This document shows, one piece after another, positions 29,141-45,106 of a stretch of 64,000 nt of DNA. The notes under the pieces were generated by a model. That model saw only the letters and a list, made by a program, of their open reading frames with translations. It ran no database searches and was not told the origin of the DNA. A program made the position numbers and the translations under genes. Positions within the stretch are counted from its first letter, which is position 1. Each line of letters begins with the position of its first letter. This stretch comes from the human T2T-CHM13v2.0 reference genome, Homo sapiens, in assembly GCF_009914755.1 (NCBI RefSeq), contig NC_060925.1, one strand, 5' to 3'.

Positions 29141-30607
29141 TGCTTTTTAGTTCTAATCCCACAATTGTGATACAATATTAGTACTATCTTAGCTTAGTAC
29201 TATTGACTTTAGTACTACTACTTATGATAGGTTTTAAGAACATAATCCCAAATGCAGAATAACTATAATTTTTTAAAAGCCAGTCTTAGGAAAATGATGT
29301 ATTTTAGACTCAGAAAGCTCTTTCATTATCTTCAGGGTTTGATAAAATAACCATTAAATTATGCTAGAATTATGTTCTGGTTTCCTTTCTTATAAATTAA
29401 AGGGAAATTAAATTAAAGTGAAAAGTAATGAAGCACTTCAACTCTAATTTACTCATGACAGAATATGTACCAATATTTGCCCTACATTTGAAGGATACTG
29501 TAATGATACAAGATATTTAAAAGCATATCCACTTCATTTTGTCTTAATCTCTTAGATTTCTAACATTACCAGATGATGTTAACAGGTCTTCCTGGGAGGG
29601 CTGTGGTGGGGATATGGTTTTTTCTGATCAAGTATATTTGCTGTCTCTTGGAGATGCATAACACATATTAGTATCTAAAAGAACCTAAGAAGTCCTTAGT
29701 AAAGTCAGTTGTTATCTTTATTTAACCCTCTGTTTCCAAATACATCTGACCAGGGACATATTTTATCCATGGAATATCTATTAATGTGCTCCAAGGTACC
29801 TAGTTTGAGAAAGGTGGCCTAGAGAAAGAGAAATAAACATTTCAAATAGTTTCGGTTATTTGTATGTTTTTGAACTTGATTATCTACCTCCTGTTTCCTC
29901 CTTCTTCACTGAAGGTTAGAAACTGAGTTTTGTGGGGTTTTATTAGCTTTATTAGACTGTAACTTCTTCTGTCAGTCTTTTCTGATGTAGGGTAGCAGAA
30001 GGAGTATGAGCTTCATAGAGAGACAGAATTAGGATCAAATTCTGGTTCCATCATCTTGGGCAAATTCTCCTGTCTCTCTGGGTCATAGTTCTTTATCTGT
30101 ACACTATTATGCTAAGGATTAATGAACATGTAAAGTACCCAGTACATTGGCCCCAGAGATACCTCCTATCTTAAAATTCCTTAAGGATCTAGAATGGCCA
30201 GTTGGAATGAACACAGGATTGCTATCTTTGAACCTTGACTTAGGACTCTTCTTTACTAACTCATTCCCCTCTCTTGCCTAGTTAAAAGACTGTAACACTC
30301 CTGTGGAATAACGTGTTTTTGTATCCTAACTGATGAAGCACCTTGTGTTAAACTGGTTTTTATTTTCTTAGAACTTGGGGAAGCTCCAGGTTTCCGTCTT
30401 ATGTTCCCATAACAGTTGCTATCTTATTTATCTTACCTTACTGTAATTACTCATTTTCTTTCCTGATCCACTGTAAGTTTTATAAGGTCAAAGATATTTT
30501 GCTCCCTGTTATATGCATACACCACTGGCCTGGGTAAAGAGTAGCTACTCAACAACTATAGAATCTTTAACAAGTTATAATAATTGGAACCCTCCAAATC
30601 ATTACTA

Positions 30608-31012
<405 letters not shown>

Positions 31013-31433
31013 TCAAATTTTTAAAATATAAGTCTATAGAATTAATGATCACTACTAGAAATCTTAGACTGATACAGTCATTTTTCTGAGATACATCCAA
31101 TCACTAGGATAGAAACAGAATAATAATCCTTTTAGATAAATTTTGGTATTCAAGAGTAAAAGATGTGTTCTAGAAAGTCTGCCTGTAAATACGCTTTTAT
31201 AGTCTAAACATTAAAAAACTCATCTGATTGAAATAAACTAAAACTTAAATATATTAAAAATATATATATATATAATAAAAATCCTTCTTTGTATTGAGGA
31301 TGCCCCCACACTAACTTATTTATGTGTTATATATTTAAATTTCTGAACACTGGAATTTTCAAAGTGGGGAAAACTTTACTAATGGGTCATGTCAAAAAGC
31401 TAAGAAGATTAGCACAATTCTAATGTCAAATTA

Positions 31434-31697
<264 letters not shown>

Positions 31698-33509
31698 TCA
31701 GCACCAAATCAGCATTCAATGTCCTAGAACACGACTTCTCACCCTTCTTGGAACAACTCAATATATATTCCAGGCTTTTATATGGCAATTCTAGAACAAA
31801 GTGCACTTTCACTGAGTCCAAACAGCACTGGTCTTAGAAAAGGAAGCTCCTTGGTCCTGCCAAGGAAAAAGGGAACAAAATATCCTTTAAGATGTATAAC
31901 CTTTCAAATACCACCATCATCCAAAGCTACTTTTTAGGCACAAGCACATGTACCATGCTACCCTGGGCACCTTGTGAGATCAGGTAAAGAGAGGTACAAT
32001 TCCTATTTACTAGAAGCTTACAAAAGACTCTTTCACATAAGAATCTTAAAGGTCTTTAGGAAAATCATGATAAAAATAATTTTGTTTTAAAGAAATAAGA
32101 ACAGAAAATCTGGCTATTTGTCTAATGTCTCATACTGACAACCAGAACAAGAAATTAAGCTCTACAGTCATTTCTATTTCCCTATTGTATTCACCAGGGC
32201 TTTATGTTCCTCTTGTTCAGCGAACCAAATGTTTCACCGAATAGATATTCTGGAAACTGAGGAGACGCTAACAATTGTTAAAGGAGAAATGACTGGAGAA
32301 GGGTTAAGATATATTAAAAATAAGTTACTCTTTGCATATCAACTTGCAAAGTGTAAAGCTGCACAATAGGATCCTCTTTGCATTGTTTTGTTTCCAGTGC
32401 TCTTGTATCTAATTGCAACTCGGGCTGGTTGATGCCTTTTTTCCATCAATTACATATCAAACAGTTTCATCTTCAAAAGTGACACTTGATCAAGACTATT
32501 TGACATTTATTTTTTGAGTCTGTAGCACCCATGGTCTGGTTTTATAAACAGCAGAACTGAGGACTACGAAGAGAATTCGGCAGAATAAATTAAAGATATG
32601 TAAACAAACAATGAAAAGCTAGTTTTGCTTTTACAATCACGAGCCAGTTTCTCACACTGGGAACAGTAGGATATTGTGAGCATTGTGAGCATGCAAAGAA
32701 GCAGAAAGAGATGAGAGAGACATAAGCACACCTGCAGAAGACAATGAGTGCAAAGGAAAAAGAGACTCAGGAAATACTGAATTCTATTGGCCCTATTTGT
32801 GGTTTAGATATCTTTGTGAGGTTAACAGATGGTGAATCCCTGTACCAAAAGGCTTGAGTACAATGAGTTCTCAGTAAAATTGTAGGTCTCTGAGCTTTAT
32901 TATTAAAATGAAAAAGTGCCTTAATGCAAGATACTTTTGTATTGCTCTAAGTAAAAAGGAAGTTCAGATTAAACTCCAAATTAAATCACATAAAAGACAA
33001 TGGGGTATATACCATGGGGTTTGTTTGAAAGATATTTAAGATGACTCGTCTCTAATAAGAGGTTTGGTCATCAGACAGAAATCGACATGTACTAATATTG
33101 TGAACCTAAATAAGATTAAATGACATAATGCCTATAAAACATAAGCATATTGCTGGGCACGTAGTAAGTATTCAGCAAATGTTAGCTAAATCAATTTGCA
33201 AGTCACTGGGCAAGAAGCCAACAATACTGTCAGTGGCTATCATCTTCTTTTCGGACTTGCCAAAAAGAAAACTGAATCTGAATCTGATCAAGCCTTTTAG
33301 CTCCAGCTACCAGTTTACAGGAAATACATGAGACAGAGAAACACAAGTGACACTTAAGTAAGTGACACTATAAGGATATAATCAGCAAACTCCAGGCTGT
33401 GGGAAACACTGCAATACAAACAATCCAGTTTCTTCAACAAATAAATTACAAGAAGGGAAAAAAAGGCAAGGGGAAACTTAAAGATTAAAAATCATTTAAG
33501 ATATATATT

Positions 33510-34436
<927 letters not shown>

Positions 34437-35227
34437 TTACAACACATGTATCTTTTTTGAGTCCTGATTCAAATGAAAACCTGTAAAAAATGACATTTAT
34501 AAGACAATTGAAAATTTTAAGAATGACAGTATACTTGATGATAGTAAAGGATTATTTTAGTTTTTTAAGGTGTGATAATGGTTCTGTGACAATATTTAAA
34601 TATTTTTCTTTTCTCTACCTATCAAATAGCTACGTTTTTCTACTTCCTCTGGCATATGTTTAAATGGAGAAAAACCCTATGAACTGGACTGCCCGATGCC
34701 TACTTGTCATGACAAAGAATGCCAAACATTTTTGAGAGGAAGTTAGATTGATGATGTTCCCAGCAGGGCACTGGGCATCACCTGTTGTAGACAAAATGAT
34801 AAAAGGAGTGAGACACCTTTTTCTTTCAGCATGCCATTGAGAATTGCTGTGATTTGGGGGTAACACAAAGTAGTAAAAGGACCTTCATGCGTCCTTTAAT
34901 ATCTGCAGATCCTGCAGCCTCACATTTAAAAATAATGATTGAAGAAAGAGCCATAAATTACATCTGTAGCTATTAACCAATTTAATTTCCCTGTGTGCCA
35001 CTCACTAAAATGTTTCTAGTGGTCTGTTCTGTACCAATTACCTAGATAATGTAGTCTTTGATTAAGAAATGTAGTCTGACCTTTTTATTTATGCTGAACT
35101 ATTCACAATGACTGCCCAGCAGTTTTTTGTTCGGCAGATTGTGTGCCTAGCTAGTAATGGTATGTTGCTTTTTTCCTAATTTTGTTCCTGAAAAGCATGA
35201 TAAGAATTTTTGTAAATACACTATGGC

Positions 35228-35425
35228 AGTGATTCTCAAATGGACTTAGTTTTGCCCCACAGGGGACACTTGGCAATGTCTGGAGACATGTTTGGTTTCC
35301 CAACTGGAGGCTGCTACTGAAATCTTGTGGGGTAGCAGCCAGAGATGCTGCTAAACATCCTGCAATGTACAATGTAGCCCCCCACAGCAAAGCATTATCA
35401 GGCCCAAAATGTGTTTGAGAAACTT
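35228..35425. mobile_element. MER20 hAT-Charlie element
   Basis: cagtgattctcaa...ggggacacttggcaatgtctggagac...gctgctaaacatcctgcaatg. Confidence 0.85.
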
Positions 35426-35818
35426 ACAGTTACACAATAAAATGAAAACAAAAACTGTGGGGTTGAAAGAGCTAAATTTGTATGACATTAGCATTTTATC
35501 TTATATTAGCCTTTAATGCATAAAATATTAGTAATTTTAAAAATATAATAACATCTGTCTGGAAATAACAGAAGCAGTTATCACTAGAGTAAATGATTGC
35601 CAATATTTTATTGTAAGCCCACGATGACACAAAATGCCAATTCTACTCTAAAAAATAGTAATAGTTTTTCTTCTTTTAAAATATCGTTTGATTTCATTGT
35701 GATAACTTATTTCAAAACAAATCTGAAAATTTTTGATCTTGTTTGTAACTTTACATTAAGTTTTAAAAATAGGCAGAAAGAGGCAACAACCAAAATTTAG
35801 CCATTTAAGACTACTTCT

Positions 35819-36588
<770 letters not shown>

Positions 36589-37306
36589 CTACTGGTCAGA
36601 GTTTTAGCATTCTTAATCTTTTTAAGAGGTGAATTTTAGGATTTATAGAAAGAATCTGAATTATTCTTTGATCTCAAGTTTAAAGATTTTATTTGCAGGA
36701 GCATATTCTGTGTTTTGATTTTATGAAAACTCTAGAAATAAAGTTTCAATAAAAAGCAGATAATTTTCACATGCTTAGAGGCTGACCGCAAAACAAAATG
36801 CCAAGAACAACTAGGGAATTCATTGCATGGGGTGACTCTCAAGCCTGTGACTAGGCTCAATGGTAAAACACTATTTCAAAGAAGTGTCTAAGTAAAAGCA
36901 ATAGCTCGTGATATATTAAGTGAAAAAAAATTCGCTTTCAAAATCACATGTATGATATGTTCCCAATTTGGCTTTTAGAAAGAGAAATCACCAAAAAACT
37001 TTAGAAACTGCAAGGAAATAAACAAAACATTAAGGGTTGTTATCTCAAAATGTCAAGAGGTGGTGGGATTATGGATAATTTTTATTTTTCTTCTCTTAAT
37101 TTTCTATAACAAATATGTATTACTTTTTTAGTTAGAAAAAACTATTTGTATATATGTGTTTAATGTACATATTTAAATGTCTCTAAGATCTACAAGTCTC
37201 TTGATGCTTTAAAAATCTTTTTAACTGTAAAATATTAACACAGAATTACTTAAAATATATAAATATAGCTTACATTATAATTATAAAGCAAATATCTAAA
37301 TAACTA

Positions 37307-37650
<344 letters not shown>

Positions 37651-38619
37651 CTAACACCCTCACTGACCCCTATCCTCCCAACATGCTCTTGACTACCATG
37701 ATAATCATTTGTTTATGTGCTTTTCTAAGTAGTTTAACCACTGATCATGTAACCCTATAATGCAGAGTTTGATGTTGATTGCTTGAACTTTACACAAGTA
37801 GAAGCATATTCTATTTCGACTTGCATCCTTCTCTTAGCATTATGAGATTTAACCATGCTGATACATATAGCCAGTTTGTTCATTTTCTTTGCTGTAGAGT
37901 ATTCCACTGATTTTTCAGTAAGCAATTTTTATACTTTTATATACAAACAATATAAAGATTTAAAAATGTATACTTTTCTCTTCAACTTCTGTAAGGAAAA
38001 AAAATCCACATAATATGGAGCTGCATTCTGTGCCAGTCACCGCAGGAGACACTCTGTGTATCCCACATATTATATACAATGTTCCTGAAAATCATAGACT
38101 TAGAATGTTTGAAAGAGACTTTGGAAACATATAATTCAACCACATGCTGATGTGATATTAGGCTTAGAATGTTAAACAGCTTTGGCTCTAACTCGGTTGT
38201 GCCAGGAGGAAGTCTAAAGATTTTACACAGGAAGTGTCACAGACATGCCCTGGGGTGGGTGCAATTCTAGGTCTTAGCCACTGAGGAAGTGACTTCTCCT
38301 GGCAAAAGCTGAAGACTATAATCCTTTCCCTTGCTGCTGCTGCTTTAGAGAACACAGGCCAGGCACATATTGAAAGAGCTTCAAGGCTAAGAAAACATAA
38401 AAGGCATCTCTAGGGTTAAAAAAGCAGGCATGCAGATGGCTTTTAATTAACAATTAGACAGCCAGTATCTTACAGAGCATATAGGAGGAAGATGCAACCT
38501 CTACTAGCAATCTATATATAAAAGGAATGTTGGCATTTGCAATTGCAGGTAAAAAGAACTCATCATAGGGATCTTCAACATCCCAGTGCAGAAGGACAAG
38601 GATAAGTAAAAAAACTAAG

Positions 38620-39098
38620 TGTTTTGATTTTCTATTGCTGTATAACAAACCATCTAAAAACTTGGAGGCTTAAAATAACTATCTATTTGTCTCTCATGGT
38701 TCTGAGGGATGATGACTGAGCTAAGCTCTTTAAGGTTCTCATGCATTTGTGATCAAGACTGGAGCCATCTGAAGGACTATGTGGGTTGGATGGGCAGACA
38801 GATGGCTTCTTCATTCACATGTCCAACCTCTCAACTTAGGTGGCTGGAACAGCTTTATGTGGCTAGCTGGGATTCTTCAAAGTTTGGTGGTGTCAAGGTA
38901 ATTGAACTTCTTACATGATGGCTGACTTTGCTCAGAGTGAGTGTTCCAAGACAGCAAAGGGGAGGCTGCATCATTTCTGTAGAATTCTTTTGGTTAGAAA
39001 TGGCCAGCTCAGAATTAATATAGGAGAGGACCACATAAGGGCATGACTACTAGTAGGCATGGCTCACTGAGGGGTCTTCTTTGGAGACTAGCTACCAC
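38620..39098 (-). mobile_element. MLT1-type MaLR solo LTR
   Basis: ctattgctgtataacaaacca...ctttggagactagctaccac. Confidence 0.7.
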
Positions 39099-39409
39099 CC
39101 CAGAAGAGGATCAGCAAAGCAGGGTCTAGGGGTAAGGAGAAAAGCACTGGGGACATCTCAACCAGAATAGACAGCTTTCTTAGCCATTCTAATTAAGGGT
39201 TCTTCCTTCTGCCTTAGAGGAGAACTGGAAGTTGCTATTAGAATCCATTAATAGTATTTGTAGTCACATGTATTTATGCCTAAGTTGACTGAAAACAGTT
39301 CTCATTCCATATGATGGGCTCAATAACTATCAGCAAATCTTTTGCTGTGTACACAAAGTTCCATGATAAAGAACTCCAAAGTATTAGAAATTGTTCATGA
39401 TATTAAGAG

Positions 39410-41710
39410 CGGTGGCTCACACCTATAATCCCAGCACTTTGGGAGGCTGAGGATTGCTTGAGCTCAGGAGTTTGAGACCAGCCCAGGCAACAAAGTGGGA
39501 CCCCATCTCTACAAAAAATAAAAAATAAAAAATTAGCTGGGTGTGATGGCACGTGCCTGTGATCCCAGCTACACAGGAGGCTGAGGTAGGAGGATTGCTT
39601 AAGCCCAGGAGTTCAAGGCTACAGTGAGCCATGTTCACACCACTGCACTCTAACCTAGGTGACAGAGCAAGACCCTGTCTTAAAACAAACAAACAAAAAA
39701 AAACAACTCCTTGAGATATGGATATAATAGAATTCATATTACCTTATTATTTCAGTTAAGATTCCAGCATCAGAATCTTAACTGAAGATTCAGTTAAGAT
39801 TAATGGGCAAATCAGGTGTCCATTTCTCCCTTTGATTAGGCCTAACATGCCACATTGGATCTAGTGCTTACTAAAACATACAATAGCCATACACAAATCT
39901 TTGATGGGAATCCTAATTGGCACTTAAACTCACTAATGATTCAATTACTAAAAATAAAGTTTAACTCTGTTTTACCTAAACTTGGAGATGAGAATGCATG
40001 GTCCTTTTATACTTCAGATTCTAAAGCATATTTTAGGGCAAAATTTACTTGGAGTAGTTACTTCTAAGGACTTACAAGCTTATTAATATAACAATTTTCA
40101 ACACAGCTTAGACTCTTGGAGTATCCAGGGGCTGATTATAATTTAGATAAAACTTTATTACTGTAAAGGGTTTTAAAAAATAATTAACTTTAATTGCTAA
40201 TATTCTGTGAGATTGGTGAAAGAGGCTACGGGTTTCTGAAGCTTCCTTTCCAGTCTTTATTCATGTGACTCCTAGACACATGGTAATTAAATATTGAAAC
40301 ATAATCTCCCCTTGATACATAAAAAAAGCAGAGGTATATGTCCAAATACTGAAGAGACCAGGGAGGGGTGGAAGAGGTTGTTCACCTCCAAGTGTCAGTA
40401 TTCTGCCTTTGTTATCACTGAAAGGACTGTGGTTGCTCAGGGAATGTGGTCCCAAAGGAGCTACTGTTGATACAGCCTGAGAATCAGTGAGGAGATGCTA
40501 TTCCCATTGGTTGGTACTCTGACATAGATTTCCAGGAGTCCCAGAACAGAACAACATTTCTTTAACAACAACAACAACAAAAATTGGAAAGTGACTATCT
40601 AATTCATTTTTTTTTTGGAAGGAGTCTCACTCTGTCTCCCAGGCTGGAGTCTCAGTTCACTGCAACCTCCGCCTCCTAGGTTCAAGTGATTCTCCTACCT
40701 CAGTCTCCCAAGTAGCTGGGATTACAGGTGTGCACCACCACACCCAGCTAATTTTTGTATTTTTAGTAGAGATGGGGTTTTGCCATGTTGGCCAGGTTGG
40801 TCTCTAACTGCTGACCTCAGGTGATCCGCCCACCTCGGCCTCCCAAAGTTCTGGGATTATAGGCATGAGCTACCGTGCCCAGTCCCATCTAATCCATTCT
40901 AATCAGCCATCTCTGAAGGTAAATACTTAGTTTGTTAAGCAATTAAAACATAAGTGGAATATAAAATGATAAATACATTAGAGCTAGAAGAGTTTTCAGT
41001 GAACTCAGTCAGATTCCATCCTTCTTATTGAAATAATGCCAGATTGTTATGCCCAGTGGAGAAAAAATGGACAATAAAGAATTATATTAAAAAACTAAAT
41101 GATACCGTTTGACATATTCCTTTCCTAGCTGTTTTCCATGTTTAAAATATATTATATTTTAAGAAAAATAAAGTTGGGGTCATATGATACATATTACTTA
41201 TCTCTTTTTCTCATTTAACATAAACATGTTCTTATGCCATTATATAGTGTTGATATATCTTCAAAAAATTGATATTTAAGACTGGGCACAGAGGCTCATG
41301 CCTGTAATCCCAGCACTTTGGGAGGCCAAGGTGGGTGGATTGCTTGAGTCCAGGAGTTCGAGACCAGCCTGGATAACACAGTGAGACCCTGTCTCTACAA
41401 AAAATAAAAAATTACCCAGGCACGGTGGCTTGCACCTGTAGTCCCAGGTACTTGGAAGGCTGAGGCAGGAGGATTGCTTGAGCTGGGGAGATTGAGGCTG
41501 CAGTAAGTGATGATGTGCTACTGTACTCCAGCTTGGGCGACAGAGCATGACCCTGTCTAAAAAAAAAATTGATATTAAAAAAATTTTCTTTTTAAATAAA
41601 GACAGGGTGTCACTATGTTACCCAGGGTGGTCTCCAATTCCTGGGCTCAAGCAATTGGCCTGCCTCAGCCTCCCAAAGTGCCAGGATTATATGCGTGAGC
41701 CACTGTACCC
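39410..41710. mobile_element. Alus at 39410-39705 (+), 40607-40884 (-), 41280-41568 (+) and monomer 41583-41710 (-)
   Basis: Alu consensus matches. Confidence 0.8.
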
Positions 41711-42003
41711 ATACTGTAAAATGTTATACATCCACTTAAATATCAATTTTTTTTTTGGTATTTAAATGGATGTATAACATTTTACAGCACAGGTGTGCCA
41801 TAACTTATCTAACCCTATCTGTATTGTTGAACATTTTTATTATTTCCAATATTGTGCTATAATATTGGATAGTGATAACAAACAATATTAATGAAAGCCA
41901 ATATTTATTAGTGCTACTCTGTAGAGGAATGTTAAAAGCACTTTCTATATATTAATATACTTAATCCTCATAAAAACTCTATGAGCTGATGTGGTAAATT
42001 AGT

Positions 42004-42228
42004 CAGGAGTTGGAAAACTATGACCCATGAGCCAAATCCAGTCTGCTGCTTGGTTTTATAAATATAGCTTATTGGAACACAGTTACTCTAGTTGTCGATA
42101 CATTATTATCTAAGGCTGCTTTCATGCTATAATGGCAGAGTTCAGTGGTTGTAACAGAGACAGTATGGCCAACAAAGCAAAAAATATTTACTATCTGGCT
42201 CTTTACCGAAATAGTTTGCTGACCCCTG
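42004..42228. mobile_element. MER58A inside an MLT1 LTR (~41989-42947, also carrying AluJ 42366-42690), itself inside a MIR
   Basis: caggagttggaaaacta ... tagtttgctgacccctg terminal inverted repeats. Confidence 0.78.
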
Positions 42229-44899
42229 GACTGTTCAGCAAATACTCATTCTCTCCCACCGCCTCACCTTCCCTGCCTCATTGGTGTTGGGCTCAGCCAT
42301 GTGACTTGCTTTAGTCAATGTTTGCTAAGTGCAAACATTAAATGCAAATAAAAGTATGCAATTGGGCCAGGTGTAGTGGCTCACACCTGTAATTCCAGCA
42401 CTTTAGGAGGCCAAGCAGGAGGATCACTTGAGCCCAGGAGTTTGAGACCAACTAGAGAAACATAGGAAGACCCCATCTCTACTAAAAAAAAAAAAAAAAA
42501 AAAAAATTAGCTAGGCATAGTGGCATGTGTCTGTAATCCTAGCTACCTGGGAGGCTGAGGTGAGAGTATTGATTGAGACTGGGATGTCATGGCAGCAGTG
42601 AGCTATGATCACACCACTGTACTCTAGCCTGGGTGACAGAGGGAGACCCTGTCTCAAAAACAAAAGCAAAGAAAAGGAAAGAAAAAGAAAACTATGCAAC
42701 TGGACTTGCTCTCTTTCATGTCAGATACTGCCAGTAAAACAGATCCCTACTAGTCTACTGATACACACAAAAATAAATGATACTGTAGCCCCTTGAACCA
42801 AAATGATGTCCTGAAGTCAAGCCAAGCCTAGAATAGTGGAACTCCAGCTGACCTGTAGATGTGTGATTGAGAAATAAATGCTTATGGTATGTCACTAAGT
42901 TTTGGGGAAATTTATTATGCAGCGTTGCTGGGGTAACTAACTGATACTGGAGGGGACTACTATTATCCCTTTACAAGAATTCTATAAGTAGGGGACTATT
43001 CGTCATTTTACAGATGGGAAAACTGAGAACATACAGAGGATAAGCAAGGCCATACTAGTCATAACTAGGAGAAGCAGGCTTTGAATGGAGGCAGTCTGGC
43101 TTCAGAGCCTGCACTCACTCTACTCTACTGCCTATTGCATTAAATACATAAATAGTTACCTGAGTTTTTTTTTAAATTAGGTAAGAATTTATTAAATAAC
43201 AATCTAGTATGGAACACTATTCTTTTTTTACCCATCACCTCAAACGTTGATCATTTCTTTGTATTTGGAACATTCAAAATCCTCTCCTCTACTATTGGAA
43301 AATATACAATGAATTGTTAATTATAGTCACCCTATATTACTATAGAACACTTGAACTTACTTCTCCTATCTAGCTGTGCTTTTGTTATCTGTTAACCAAT
43401 CCTTGGTTATTGCCCTCCTCCCCTTACCCTTCCCCACCTCTAGTAACCGCTCTTCTACTCTCTACTTCTATAAGCTCAACTTTTTAAACTTTCACATGTG
43501 AGTAAGATCATGCAGCATTTACCTTTTTGTACCTGGCTTATTTCACTTAATATAATGTCCCCCAAGCTCATCCATGTGGCTGTGAATGGCAAAATTTCAT
43601 TGCTTTTTATAGCTAAATAGTATTCCATTATGTATATATATCACATTTTCTTTATTCATCTGTTGATGAACACTTAGGTTTATTCCATATCTTGGCTATT
43701 GTGAATAGTGCTACAATAAATATAAGAGTACAGATACTTCTTCAACATACTGATTACCTTTCCTTGGAATATATGCCCAGTAGTGGAATTTCTGGATCAT
43801 ATGGCAGTTTCATTTGCAGTGTTTTGAGGAACCTCCATGTTGAGTTCCATAATGGCTACACTAATTTACATTTCCACAAACAGTGTAAGAGAGTTCCTAC
43901 TTCTCCACATCCTCACCATCATTTATTTTTTGTCTTTTTGAAAATAGCCATTATAACTGGGTTTAGATATCTCATTGTGGATTTTATTTGCATTTCCCTG
44001 ATGATTAGTGATGTTAAGCATTTTTTCATGTACCTGTCTTCTTTTGAAAGATGTGTCCATTCAGCTCATTTGCCCAGTTTTAAATAGAATTATGTGTTAT
44101 TGTTGTTGGTTTGCTGTTGAGCTCTTTGTATATTCTGGATATTAATTCCTTGTTAGATGAATAGTTTGCAAATATTTTCTCTCATTCTGCACGTTGTCTC
44201 TTCACTCTGTTGATTTTTTTCCTTTGCTGTGCAGAAGCTTTTTTGTTTGATATAATCCCATTTGTCTATTTTGCCTGTGCTTTTGAGGTCTTCTCCATAA
44301 GATCTTTGCCCAAACTACTGTCATAAAGTGTTTCCCCTAGGCTTTTTACTAATAGTTTCATAATTTCATGCCTTCTATTCAAGTCTTTAATCCATTTTGA
44401 GTTGACTTTTAATATGGTGAAAGATAGAGGTCTGTTTTCACATTTCTCCATATGGCTATCCAGTTTTTCCAACACTACTTACTGAAGAGATAGTCCGTTT
44501 CCCAATAAATGTTCCTGGCACCTTCATCAAATATCAGATAGCTGTTTATTTCTGGGTTCTGTGTTCTGTACCACTGGTTTATTGGTCTGTTTTTATGGCT
44601 AGTACCATGCTGTTTTTGTTATTATAGCTTTGTAGTATATTTCGAAATCTGGTAGTGTGATGCCTAAAGCTTTGTTCTTTTTTCTCAGGATTACTTTGGC
44701 TATTCAGGGTCTCTTATAGTTCTATATTAGTTTTAGGATTGCTTTTTTATATTTCAGTGAATAATGTCATTGGTATTTTGATAGGGATTGCACAGAATCT
44801 GTAGATTGCTTTTGGTAGTATGGTCAAGTTAACAATATTCATTCTTCCAATCCATTAACATGAGATATCTTTCCTTTTTTTTTTTAAATCAACAATTGA

Positions 44900-45106
<207 letters not shown>

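Noticed and set aside
34663-34745. GEKPYE zinc-finger-linker-like translation
   Set aside because: No correctly spaced C2H2 finger follows and the frame closes quickly; chance match.
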